Assembly: GCA_965372715.1 (NCBI GenBank)
Contig: CBDVDH010000004.1
Coordinates: 1-64,000, forward strand
Length of the DNA: 64,000 nucleotides
Direction: 5' to 3'
Source: an uncultured bacterium
GTDB lineage: Bacteria; B130-G9
A program made the position numbers and the translations under genes. The notes under the pieces were generated by a model. That model was not told where the DNA came from and did no database searches. It saw only the letters and a program-made list of their open reading frames with translations. Of this stretch, positions 10,082-20,151 are shown piece by piece. Each line of letters begins with the position of its first letter. Within the stretch, counting starts at the first letter, position 1.

Positions 10082-10780
10082 TCATCTTGCAGCTCTAACG
10101 GTCGCTTTCCTGTCGAGAGCGTTCCGGCGGAAAGGGGCCTTGGTCCAATGCTCATCGATGTTCTGAGCGAACTCCGCGCGGACGATCTTCGCCCGGCCGA
10201 GCACGCGATCGCTGTTTTCCTTCCGCAAGTAAATCCCTTCCATTGGGCCACTCGTCAGGCGGGATTCAGCCAACAGCCCGACGAGTTCTGATACGGTGAA
10301 TGAACCCTCTGTCACCACGGGGACTCGGCACAAGCCCAACGCATCGATGAAGTGATTCCTCCTCGCGACGCACCAGAACGCATTAGCCCGTGCATCGTAA
10401 ACGTCGAACGCAAGAAACCAGTCGGGCAGCTGATCGTAGTAGATTGAATGCTGCGCGTAGCACCATTCACCAAAGAGAATGAGATCACACCCCAGCGCCT
10501 CACTCAAGGCGCTCTGCCGTGTGCTAATCCAAGGCCAAAGTGGATCAAACTGACGATGGCTCCTGCCGCTGAGATAGCTTCCCCGGTTCTGAACCCGTAT
10601 TCCACCGTCCGGACCAAGAGACAAGCCAATGTTAGCGCCATCCACCTTTTCTTCGACATAGATGTCCCCCTCACAGAACCAATCGGCTTCCTCGGGTGAA
10701 AGAACCTTGTCGACCCGAGGCAGCCCTTCGCCAAGCCAGACCAAATGCGGTGTATGGGGAAACTTGAAGAACTCAACCAT
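10082..10780 (-). CDS. ATP-dependent RNA ligase family protein
   Basis: KFPHTPHL, motif I EEKVDGAN, FGEW, FLAFDV, MEGIYL, RAKIV; ATG at 10780 overlaps the upstream stop by 8 nt. Confidence 0.85.
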   Translation of the reverse strand: MVEFFKFPHTPHLVWLGEGLPRVDKVLSPEEADWFCEGDIYVEEKVDGANIGLSLGPDGGIRVQNRGSYLSGRSHRQFDPLWPWISTRQSALSEALGCDLILFGEWCYAQHSIYYDQLPDWFLAFDVYDARANAFWCVARRNHFIDALGLCRVPVVTEGSFTVSELVGLLAESRLTSGPMEGIYLRKENSDRVLGRAKIVRAEFAQNIDEHWTKAPFRRNALDRKATVRAAR

Positions 10781-11321
10781 TAGCGGCTTTTTTGAGTTTG
10801 CCTTCGAGCACATCCTTGATTTCCGGGCAAAGGAACACGACCTTGATTCCACTCTCTGTTAGGGCCTTTATAGCGATCAACCAGTCGGTGTCGGTTGCAT
10901 TCAGAATCGGAGGATGCTCCGGATGACCAGCTGCGACGGCGACGAACTTCCGGTCCGACGGGTCGAAGTTCCGTAGGTCTGGATGCTCAGGGAACTCCTT
11001 GAAGTCGAGAGGGATACCATCCTGAAAAGAACCTGGCTTCGGGGTGATTGGGACCAGGGTGCAGCGCAACGGATTGGCTTGATTGGTCAAGACCCATTTC
11101 AGGAACTTGTTTCCGATTTCTCGCTGATTAGAGGGATCCAACTTGTTCATATACTCGCCCAAGATGAACCAGAGATTGTCCAAGATAACGTGACCGTTCG
11201 TTACGATCTGCACCAGACAATCAACACAGGCCAACATACACGCATCGCTTGCGTCAGAGCTGCCGTTTGCGGCGAGGGGCACGTTTGTGTCAACCACGCA
11301 CGGCGGATATGCGCTGCTCAT
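10773..11321 (-). CDS. PIN-like domain protein (putative ribonuclease)
   Basis: N-terminal VVDTNV, a central acidic residue (ILGEY), DPSDRKFVAVA and ATDTDW fit the PIN acidic-residue pattern. Confidence 0.65.
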   Translation of the reverse strand: MSSAYPPCVVDTNVPLAANGSSDASDACMLACVDCLVQIVTNGHVILDNLWFILGEYMNKLDPSNQREIGNKFLKWVLTNQANPLRCTLVPITPKPGSFQDGIPLDFKEFPEHPDLRNFDPSDRKFVAVAAGHPEHPPILNATDTDWLIAIKALTESGIKVVFLCPEIKDVLEGKLKKAANG

Positions 11322-12706
11322 TTCGACCCTGCCTTCACTCGGCGCTTGATTCCTGCTCGAGTCATTTCGACCAGATCACTAACCTCATCGCCGAAGAAGC
11401 CCTCTGGCCAGTTAGTGATGTTCCCGAAGATGTCCAAGTGTAGGCGCCCCATCTCTGCCTCCGAACTAGTGGGCTTGCAGAAGTAGATGGCCACTTTGTC
11501 CTGCGTGATCATCTCCTCCGCGATGCGACGCTGCAATCGCCGAAGGAAATACTCGGAATGGCTCTCGACTATAAGCTGAATGTTGCGATCCTTACCGTTC
11601 TCCCGCGCGTGAATCGCCTCAATGAACAGATCTGCAAGCGAGGCTTGCACAGACGGGTGAAGGTGAAGCTCGGGTTGCTCCAGTAGGATCACTGAATCCG
11701 GAGGTGCATAGAAGCATTGGACCAACACCGGCAAAACTTGAGAGACACCGAAGCCGACATCGGTGAGGTTCACCTTTTGCTTGATGTCCTTGGTCCTGAT
11801 CAGGACCTCGTACTCGCGCCGACCCTCCGCAACTGGTTGGACTTCAAATGAGTCAATTAACCCCATCTGTTCAAGCCAACCAGCAATGAGAGTATTGAAA
11901 ACTCGATACTTCTCGTATTTCCCCGCGTTGATGGACCGACTTGCCGCCGCCAATATGGCGTAAACCGCCCCTTCGCCCTCCCAGCCGACGTGCTCCGGCG
12001 ATTCACCGGACCATGGATAAGAACGTTCCGGATGCTTCCGCAAGGGCCCAAGATAGTAAATCCGGCGCAAGCATCGTTCCAGTGCAAGTGCAAGGTCGCC
12101 AACGAAGTCCGCATTCTGATAATGGGCACCTGCCTCATCCGGGAATCCATAGAAACGCACGGGCGCGGGCAGCGGCCATGGTTTACCCCGTTTACGCTTC
12201 AATCCGTAGCCCAATGTGGACAACTCATACTTGTTCTTGCCAGATTCCTTCCGTTGCATAACTACTACTAAACCGTCTTCTGATAAGTCACCCAACTCAT
12301 ATCGCATCTGCTGCACCGCTACGTCCCGTCTCTTGGTTTCGAGCAGTCCTACTACTGCCCGGAAGATGATGCGATCACCAGAGAACTTCTTGCCTGAAAT
12401 AGCATCTTCTACCCGTATATTCTGAGGAAGGTCCCATCCAAAGTTGAAATCGATCAACTCCTCAACATCGTGCCCGTAAACGATATCTTGGTAGCTTCCA
12501 AGATCGACGATTGAGTCCTTGTCGCCCAGATGGAGCACTCTCTGCCTGTCCGCCGATTGAGCCGTCTGCTTCAACATCAACAGAAACTGACTGATGCTGC
12601 TCTTGCCAGAGCTATTTGTGCCAAAAAAGACTGTCAGCGGCGCCAAGCGGATATCGCCGGTGTCCTGCCACGCCTTGAAGTTCTTTATGCGAAGATGTGT
12701 GAGCAT
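11318..12706 (-). CDS. ABC-type ATPase (AAA_15/AAA_21-like) with DUF3696-type C-terminus
   Basis: IKNFKAW, Walker A GTNSSGKSS, signature VGFGVSQV, Walker B/D-loop LLEQPELHLHP, ESHSE, C-terminal NWPEGFF; aaggaggg precedes ATG 12706. Confidence 0.9.
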   Translation of the reverse strand: MLTHLRIKNFKAWQDTGDIRLAPLTVFFGTNSSGKSSISQFLLMLKQTAQSADRQRVLHLGDKDSIVDLGSYQDIVYGHDVEELIDFNFGWDLPQNIRVEDAISGKKFSGDRIIFRAVVGLLETKRRDVAVQQMRYELGDLSEDGLVVVMQRKESGKNKYELSTLGYGLKRKRGKPWPLPAPVRFYGFPDEAGAHYQNADFVGDLALALERCLRRIYYLGPLRKHPERSYPWSGESPEHVGWEGEGAVYAILAAASRSINAGKYEKYRVFNTLIAGWLEQMGLIDSFEVQPVAEGRREYEVLIRTKDIKQKVNLTDVGFGVSQVLPVLVQCFYAPPDSVILLEQPELHLHPSVQASLADLFIEAIHARENGKDRNIQLIVESHSEYFLRRLQRRIAEEMITQDKVAIYFCKPTSSEAEMGRLHLDIFGNITNWPEGFFGDEVSDLVEMTRAGIKRRVKAGSK

Positions 12707-12888
12707 GACAATGCCCTCCTTACTATTGGTCCTTTGGCCTTCGCGTCCTTTGATTGGGAGTATTTCAGACCAGACCTTACTCACTAGCCAAGTCAGCGTC
12801 AAGAAGCGCACTTGTACCCCTCGCATGTTTGGCGTCGCGGCGGACTGCTCAGACCTTACAGGAATACGATCAAATCGTGAGGAAGATC

Positions 12889-13599
12889 ATGCTTATCCCT
12901 CGGGGAATCGAGGCGGTTCGTCCCGAGATGCCCTCCGGCAGCGTCGTCTATCTTGTGGGGGACCCGATAGGGCCCGAAGGAACACCGATACTGCCGGACG
13001 CGTTCTCACTTCACCTTACGTTTATCTACTCTCGCTTCGTAAAGTCCGACACGTTCGACGGTTTTCTGGATCGGCTCGGGACTATGAGCAGGTTTCCCGA
13101 AGACAAGTTACTCTTCGTTGAATACAGGGACGGAAGAGTCTTCGAGCGGCCCGACGTCATGGACGCGATGAGGCGCAAGTTCGTGCTGCGGCCACAAGCC
13201 GAGAGGTACCAGAAGACTTGGGAGTTCGGGCTTTCGGCCAAGAACGCTACTTGGAGCGTCGTCCGCCCGAACCGTTTTGTCAGGGGCCCAGATTCCGTCT
13301 GGATTTCAACCTGCTCTGAGGATTGCATCGTAAAGTCGCCCAATTGCACGATATCAACGCTCGCGATATCGGCCATCTCGGTCACAACGAGCGTCTCTCT
13401 TAGAGACAATCAGAGCTTGATACAGAGACTTGAGGCCCTTTCAGCCGACGTAGCTCTGCGATCTACTATGGCGAAGTCTGCCGCCAGGGACTTGCTCTGG
13501 CGCTACAAACCGTCCCTCCAAATAGCGCTACCAGGGATACCGATACAGGGACCTCCTCAAGAGCCACATCCTTACGAGCTGCCGTATATCGAACAGTAG
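12889..13599 (+). CDS. hypothetical protein
   Basis: 236-aa ORF filling the gap, with gagga before the ATG; no motif recognised. Confidence 0.55.
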   Translation: MLIPRGIEAVRPEMPSGSVVYLVGDPIGPEGTPILPDAFSLHLTFIYSRFVKSDTFDGFLDRLGTMSRFPEDKLLFVEYRDGRVFERPDVMDAMRRKFVLRPQAERYQKTWEFGLSAKNATWSVVRPNRFVRGPDSVWISTCSEDCIVKSPNCTISTLAISAISVTTSVSLRDNQSLIQRLEALSADVALRSTMAKSAARDLLWRYKPSLQIALPGIPIQGPPQEPHPYELPYIEQ

Positions 13600-13901
13600 G
13601 CGCCTCGCCCGCCAATCAAGCTAGCCCTGATTGGCATCCCAGCGAGAAGGGCAACTTCACATATAAGGACTGGGCCGGAGAGAGTGGCGCCCGTTTCTAT
13701 GTCGGCAACTCCACCAGCGCGTGGTTTCTTCGGCTCGCAAAGAGGATGGGGATCAGGCTCTCGTTGCCCGTGCTGGCGCATCTTGCCACTTTGGAGAATG
13801 CGCAAAAAACAGATTTTCCGGTGGTTAGTACGTAGTCTGTTATAGCCCTATTGGCATGTTCCGAAGTTCCATGTATGATTGTAATCGAAAGGAGTTTAGC
13901 G

Positions 13902-15956
13902 ATGAAACACTTCTACACTACGTTGATATCTGTTTGTCTGGCAATGGTGCTGGGTGCCAGCCTGTTCGCGGCGGAATATCACGTGAACCAAGATGGCACT
14001 GGTGATTTCACGGTCATCCAGGAGGCGATAGATACGGCGGTTGATGGTGACACGATAATCGTCCACCCGGGGACATACTACGAGAACATCCACTTTCAGG
14101 GCAAGAATATCGTGCTCTGTTGCGTTGATCCTGAAGACGCAGGCTGCGTCGAGAGCACTATCATCGACGGCGGCCAGATCGGTCCAGTCGTTGCCTTTTA
14201 CGGCACGGAGGACGAGGCGTGTTTGCTGTCGGGTTTCACGATCATAAATGGGAAGAACGGCTACGGCGGGGGGATATGCGGCGCCCGCAAATGGAACGCG
14301 CCTCATACGAAGGCCTCGATCGAAAACTGCACGATCACGGAGAACGCTGCGGCGGATGCCGTTGCCGCGTCAGGCGGTGGCCTAATGTGGTGCGCCGGGA
14401 GGATAGAAGGCTGCACAATCAGGGATAACACAGCGGGATGGGGCGCGGGCCTCGCCGAATGTTTCGGCGGTAGCCTTGAAAACTGCCTCATAATCGGGAA
14501 CACGGCAGATGGCAGCGGCGGCGGGCTCTTCAGGTTCGAGGGGAGCATGGTGGGGTGCACGGTGAAGCAGAACTTCGCGAGCCATGACGGTGGAGGTCTC
14601 CACGACTGTAGCGCAAAGACTGACAGCTGCTCCATACTCTCGAACTGGACAGGACATGGGAGCGGGGGTGGGCTATCCGAGAGCAGTGGGAGCATCAATA
14701 ATTGTGTCATCAGCGACAACTCCGCCGGCTACGGAAGAGGCGGAGGTCTTTATCAATGGATGGGCGACATCGCCAATAGCCAGATTACCGGCAACGCGGC
14801 CCATTATGAAGGTGGCGGGATATATGATTGTGAAGGAGACATACTAAACTGCGTCATAAAAGACAACTGGACCGGGAACTTCGCCACCTGGGACGGTGCC
14901 GGGATACATGGATGCGTAGGAGACATAAGATACTGCACAATCAGCAACAACACTGGCTCCGGCCTTTACGATTGCCATGGAATTATCAAGGGCTGCACCA
15001 TTTCCGGTAATGTTGCCTGGATGGGAGCGGGCTTGGACTCTTGCTCTGGAACGCTTGAAGACTGCGTCATCAGGGACAACTTCGCAAGCATGGGTTGTGG
15101 AGGCGGTATATACGACTTCGACGGACAGATCAAGAACTGTTTGATAATCAATAATGTTGCTGACTACAGCGCGGGAGGTGGCCTGGGCAGTTGCCAGGGG
15201 ATGGTCCAGAACTGCACAATTGCTCACAACTCGGCAGCAAGAGACGCTGGTGGTGTCTACTTCCATACAGGCGCCATCGTGGACTGCATTATCTGGGACA
15301 ATGGCGATGCAGGGGAAGTGGGGCCGGACTGTTGCACGCCATCTTACAGCTGCATTCAAAACTGGACGCAAGGCGGCGTTGGCAACATCAGCGAAGACCC
15401 GGTTTTCGCAACTGGGCCACTGGGTGACTATTATCTGTCCTCCCTGACGGCGGGTCAGGATGCGGATAGCCCTTGCATAGACGCTGGCAGCGACACGGCC
15501 GAGAACCTCGGCCTGGACAAGCTCACAACCCGGACCGACGGAGGCGCCGACAAAGGGATTGCCGATATGGGATACCACTATCCCATCCTTGATGTAGCTA
15601 TCGAGTGTTCGCTCAATAACGATGAGTTTGCCCCGGGGGATTTGATCGAGGCGTTTGCCGCCATTGAAAACACGGGCCCAGAAACCCTTGTCGATGCCTA
15701 CGTAGCGATTGTTTTGCCCGACGAAACCATCGTGTGCCTCGGCCCGGATGGCTTCGATGTCGGTATCCTGCCTCTTGTAACGAACATCTTTCTGCCCGCG
15801 GACGCCAGCATGGGACCGCTTCAGGTATTCGAGCTGACAGTCCCGGCGAACGCAGCGCCGGGCTCGTATCTTTACGCCGCGGGGCTTTCGGCAGCGGCGC
15901 GTAAGTCCTTCATATCAACCTGTCTAAAATCGTTTCTGATTCGAGTTGATGAGTGA
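13902..15956 (+). CDS. secreted right-handed parallel beta-helix repeat protein with C-terminal beta-sandwich-like module
   Basis: Signal peptide, GTGDFTVIQEAID...HPGTYYENI cap, many NCxIxxNxA..GGGL repeats, DP.F...YYL...SPCIDAG; RBS aaaggag. Confidence 0.88.
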   Translation: MKHFYTTLISVCLAMVLGASLFAAEYHVNQDGTGDFTVIQEAIDTAVDGDTIIVHPGTYYENIHFQGKNIVLCCVDPEDAGCVESTIIDGGQIGPVVAFYGTEDEACLLSGFTIINGKNGYGGGICGARKWNAPHTKASIENCTITENAAADAVAASGGGLMWCAGRIEGCTIRDNTAGWGAGLAECFGGSLENCLIIGNTADGSGGGLFRFEGSMVGCTVKQNFASHDGGGLHDCSAKTDSCSILSNWTGHGSGGGLSESSGSINNCVISDNSAGYGRGGGLYQWMGDIANSQITGNAAHYEGGGIYDCEGDILNCVIKDNWTGNFATWDGAGIHGCVGDIRYCTISNNTGSGLYDCHGIIKGCTISGNVAWMGAGLDSCSGTLEDCVIRDNFASMGCGGGIYDFDGQIKNCLIINNVADYSAGGGLGSCQGMVQNCTIAHNSAARDAGGVYFHTGAIVDCIIWDNGDAGEVGPDCCTPSYSCIQNWTQGGVGNISEDPVFATGPLGDYYLSSLTAGQDADSPCIDAGSDTAENLGLDKLTTRTDGGADKGIADMGYHYPILDVAIECSLNNDEFAPGDLIEAFAAIENTGPETLVDAYVAIVLPDETIVCLGPDGFDVGILPLVTNIFLPADASMGPLQVFELTVPANAAPGSYLYAAGLSAAARKSFISTCLKSFLIRVDE

Positions 15957-16011
15957 GCGTTTCGACACCACTGCTTGGAATACAGCGGAATATGACAAGG
16001 AGGGTTATAGG

Positions 16012-19000
16012 ATGAAGCTGTCTTCTTCTATCTTGATTATGGTTTCAGTCATGGTTCTTGGTTACGTGGCGGCCATGCTCTCGGCGGCGGAATACCACGT
16101 CAGTATAGACGGCTCTGGTGATTTCACTGTCATTCAGGAGGCGATCGATGCCGCTGTTGATGGCGACACCATCATCGTCCACCCTGGAACGCACTACGAG
16201 AACATCCGGTTTGAGGGCAAGAATATCATCCTTCGTTCGACGGACCCAGAGGATTGGGACGTAGTTGAGGCGACGATCATCGACGGTCAGCAGCTCGGCT
16301 CAGTGGTGGAGTTCTCGGGCACTGAGGACGAAACCTGTCAGCTCCGCGGCCTTACGATGACAAACGGCTCAGCGACCAATGGCGGCGGAATATTCGGCGG
16401 ATTGGAAGATGGACCCCATTCAATGGCTTCGATCTACAATTGTATCATCTACGGCAACACTGCAAGTTCGGGTGGCGGGTTTTGTGGCTGCGACGGTCGA
16501 ATCAAGGGCTGTTGGATTGCCGGGAATCAGGCATCAGGCGGTGGGGCCCTCTATGATTGTCGGGGTGAGATCGTTCGTTGCGTCATCTCCGGCAATATCG
16601 GCGCGTATGGTGGTGCGATTCGCGCGTGCGACGGCCTATTTGCTAACTGCCTCATCTGCGATAACTCCGCGCCAAGAGCAGGTGCAATTTGGGCAAACGA
16701 CAGGTCGCCCACGATAAAAAATTGCACCATAACTGGCAACATCGCGGAACGAGGAGGCGGGCTATACGAGTTTAACGGGAAAATCTTCAACAGCATCATT
16801 TGGGGTAACTGGGCCCCTGAAGGCCCCGATGTTTACCCAGATGACTCATCGTTCACATCATTCAGTAGCTGCATAGGCGATTGGGATGGTTCAGGCTTTG
16901 GCAACATCTCGGACGACCCGCTGTTCGTCGATGCAGTTGAGGGCGATTATCATCTTTCCGCCCGTTCGCCGTGCGTTGACGCGGGAAACAACTCGTATGT
17001 CGTGGGCCTCAGGGACGTTGAGGGTGGTCCGAGAATAGCCAACCGAATTGTTGACATGGGCGCCTACGAATACGCCGTAGGCTGTTACGTCTTCGTTGAG
17101 CCCGACAAGAAAGTTTACGCAACCGGTGAGACAGCCAAGCTGTCGATCCACGCGGGAAGCTCGGACTTTGACCAGCTCGTTGACGTCTATGCGGCGTTTA
17201 GAGTTCCCGGCGGACAACTGTTTTTCATCCCGTCGCTCTCTGCTGATATGACCCCCTGGATTGCCGACGTATCTCTTGGGCCGGAGAGTACGTTTGTCGA
17301 TACGTTTGAGTATGAACTTACTGACGCAGCCCCTGACGGCAACTACATCGTCTATTCGGCGCTTTTTGTGCACGGCTCAACGGATTCAAGCGCTCTGCTC
17401 ACCGATCTGTCTCAGGCCTCATTCATATATCACAAGGGCGAACCGACAACACTCCTTGTAAAGCAGGATGGGTCCGGCGACTTCACCACAATTCAGAGAG
17501 CCATCGATACCGCGCTGGATGGGGATGTGATTGTTGTCTATCCCGGCGTCTATTATGAAAACATCGAGGTCAGCAACAAGAACTTGACCCTGCGATCCAC
17601 CGATCCCGGTGACCTGGATGTTGTGGAGAGAACAGTCATCGGCGGCGCGCAAAACGGCTCCGTGATAACTTTTTACGGGAGGGTGGACGAGACGTGCTTG
17701 CTTTCGGGTTTTACGATAACGAACGGCCAAGCTCAAGAGGGAGCCGGGATAAGTGGCGTTAGGGTTGTTCAGGACGAGATCAAGGCGAGGCCGACGATTA
17801 AGAACTGCATCGTGCGCGACACAGGCGATGGGATTCTTGCCTGCGACGGCCCGATAGAGAATTGTACCGTGAGGGACAACGGTTCAGGCGGCATAGTCAA
17901 TTGTGACGGCGCCATAACTAATTGCCTGATTAGTGGCAATTACGCGGACCGTGCCGGTGGGGGCCTGTCAGGATGCGACGGGGACATCATCAGCTGTAAG
18001 ATTCTAGGAAACTCGGCGGGGCAGTTTGGCGGCGGGGTATATGGCTGCGATGGTCGGATCCTCAACTGCCTGATCAGCGGCAACCGGACCCGGGATTACG
18101 GCGATATGGGTATTTTCGGCGGCGGTGGGATCTCCGGTTGCAATTGCATAATAGAGAGCTGCACGATATCGGACAACTTCAGCACCTGCTACGGAGGGGG
18201 CCTCTATGAGTGCGGAGGCACCATTGCGAACTGCGTGATTTCCGGCAACGAGGCCACATACGGCGGGAGTGCCTTGGGTCGGTATTATGAGAGATTCGAT
18301 GGCAACCTCATCAATTGCACGCTTGTTGACAATTCACACCGGGGAGCCATCGGCTGGTTCGATGGCGAATTCGTCAACTGCGTTATCTGGGAGGATGAGG
18401 GCCTCCCCGAAGAGGACGAGGTCTCGTACTCCTGCATCAAGAATTGGACCGGCGGCGGCGAGGGGAATATCTCTGACGACCCGCTCTTCGCCGATCCTGA
18501 AAACCGCGATTACCGGCTGCTGCCCGGCTCACCGTGCACAAACTCTGGCAACAATTGGGCGGTAAATGGACAATTGGATATCGCCGGGATGCCTCGGGTA
18601 ATAGGCTCGAAAGTCGATATGGGCGCTTATGAGTACCCCGAAGGATGCTTCGTCTCAATAACGGCGGATCAAGATCTGTACACAGGTTCCGATGAAATGA
18701 CGCTCCACCTCACGGCAGGGGCCTTCGGATTCACGCAATTAGTGGACATCTACGCAGCCATTGCATTTCGAGGCCGCGATCTTCTCTTCATCCCCAATTG
18801 GACGTCTGATTGGGTCCCCTGGTTTTCGGGAGTTGAGCTCCAGGAGGGCCCCATCTTCGACGAGTCCTTTATCTATCCTCTTGTGGGGACCGAACCTGAC
18901 GGCACTTCATTCGTATATGCCGCCGCGTTCCCGCATGACTCAAGCGACCTCGCGGACCCATTGACAAATGTGGCCAGCTGCTCATTCAGATACCATCGAG

Positions 19001-20151
19001 CGGGAACGGCAGAGCTGCACGTGACGCAGGACGGGACGGGTGACTTCGAGACGATTCAGGAGGCAATTGACGCCTCACTTGACGGCGACACGATAATCGT
19101 CCATCCAGGGATTTATCGCGAGAACATCGACTTCTTAGGCAAGAGCATCGCCCTCAGATCGATAGATCCGTCAGACCCACGGACGGTTGTCTCCACGGTG
19201 ATTCACGGCCTGTCAGACGAGCCTGTGGTGACGCTCAGATGGGCGGAAGATGGGCTTTGCGAGATTTCTGGGCTCACTATTACCGGCGGCTACACTGGAA
19301 TAACGAGTGATCGTTCGCCTCGTGCGAATGTTACGATCAGCAACTGCATCGTCAGCGGCAACGGGGGGGGACCTCTCATTTATGGTGGTATTCACGGGTG
19401 CGCTGGCGACATCGAAAGCTGCCTCATAAGGAACAACTATGGCTGCGGCATTGCATATTTCAGCGGCACCGTCCGTGACTGCTTTGTAATAGGCAATGGT
19501 TGCACCGGTCTGAGCCATTCCGCTGGGGAGGTATTTAATTGCCTGATCACGGAAAACACGTCGCCCTACGGTGGGGGCGGCATCTGTTATTATAGCGGGA
19601 ACATCACGAATTGCACGATAGCCGGGAATAGCGCGGCGTATGGTGGCGGTCTGGGTGCATGCGACGGGAGGATTCAAAATTGCATTATCTGGGGCAACAA
19701 CGCCCCGGTGGGCGGTGAGATTAGCAGCTCATCTGCGATTACTTATTGCTGCGTCCGCGACTTCGCGGGAGGCGGCGAGGGAAACATCTCGGATGACCCG
19801 CTCTTCGTAACAGGGCCACTGGGTGACTACTATCTGTCCTCCCTGACGGCAGGTCAGGATGCGGACAGCCCTTGCATAGACGCCGGCTGGGGAACGCCCA
19901 GCGATTACGGTCTTGAGCGATATACGACAAGAACCGACGGGACGCCAGATACCGGCACCGTCGATATGGGTTTCCACTACCCGACGGATGAAGCGCAGGT
20001 CGATATAGAGGTGAGCTGCTCGCTCAACGCCGATGGGTTTGCTGCGGGCCACCACAAGCCCGGCGCCTATAGTCACATCTCAACGCTCGCGCCCAGCGCC
20101 TCGCCCTACGGTTTCATCTGCACAGATTCAGCGCAGTTCAACGTCAATTGA
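16012..20151 (+). CDS. secreted protein with three tandem beta-helix modules; last C-terminal module apparently truncated
   Basis: Three G.GDF..IQ.AID caps, three repeat tracts and three DPLF...SPC closures; paralog of 13902..15956. Confidence 0.88.
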   Translation: MKLSSSILIMVSVMVLGYVAAMLSAAEYHVSIDGSGDFTVIQEAIDAAVDGDTIIVHPGTHYENIRFEGKNIILRSTDPEDWDVVEATIIDGQQLGSVVEFSGTEDETCQLRGLTMTNGSATNGGGIFGGLEDGPHSMASIYNCIIYGNTASSGGGFCGCDGRIKGCWIAGNQASGGGALYDCRGEIVRCVISGNIGAYGGAIRACDGLFANCLICDNSAPRAGAIWANDRSPTIKNCTITGNIAERGGGLYEFNGKIFNSIIWGNWAPEGPDVYPDDSSFTSFSSCIGDWDGSGFGNISDDPLFVDAVEGDYHLSARSPCVDAGNNSYVVGLRDVEGGPRIANRIVDMGAYEYAVGCYVFVEPDKKVYATGETAKLSIHAGSSDFDQLVDVYAAFRVPGGQLFFIPSLSADMTPWIADVSLGPESTFVDTFEYELTDAAPDGNYIVYSALFVHGSTDSSALLTDLSQASFIYHKGEPTTLLVKQDGSGDFTTIQRAIDTALDGDVIVVYPGVYYENIEVSNKNLTLRSTDPGDLDVVERTVIGGAQNGSVITFYGRVDETCLLSGFTITNGQAQEGAGISGVRVVQDEIKARPTIKNCIVRDTGDGILACDGPIENCTVRDNGSGGIVNCDGAITNCLISGNYADRAGGGLSGCDGDIISCKILGNSAGQFGGGVYGCDGRILNCLISGNRTRDYGDMGIFGGGGISGCNCIIESCTISDNFSTCYGGGLYECGGTIANCVISGNEATYGGSALGRYYERFDGNLINCTLVDNSHRGAIGWFDGEFVNCVIWEDEGLPEEDEVSYSCIKNWTGGGEGNISDDPLFADPENRDYRLLPGSPCTNSGNNWAVNGQLDIAGMPRVIGSKVDMGAYEYPEGCFVSITADQDLYTGSDEMTLHLTAGAFGFTQLVDIYAAIAFRGRDLLFIPNWTSDWVPWFSGVELQEGPIFDESFIYPLVGTEPDGTSFVYAAAFPHDSSDLADPLTNVASCSFRYHRAGTAELHVTQDGTGDFETIQEAIDASLDGDTIIVHPGIYRENIDFLGKSIALRSIDPSDPRTVVSTVIHGLSDEPVVTLRWAEDGLCEISGLTITGGYTGITSDRSPRANVTISNCIVSGNGGGPLIYGGIHGCAGDIESCLIRNNYGCGIAYFSGTVRDCFVIGNGCTGLSHSAGEVFNCLITENTSPYGGGGICYYSGNITNCTIAGNSAAYGGGLGACDGRIQNCIIWGNNAPVGGEISSSSAITYCCVRDFAGGGEGNISDDPLFVTGPLGDYYLSSLTAGQDADSPCIDAGWGTPSDYGLERYTTRTDGTPDTGTVDMGFHYPTDEAQVDIEVSCSLNADGFAAGHHKPGAYSHISTLAPSASPYGFICTDSAQFNVN

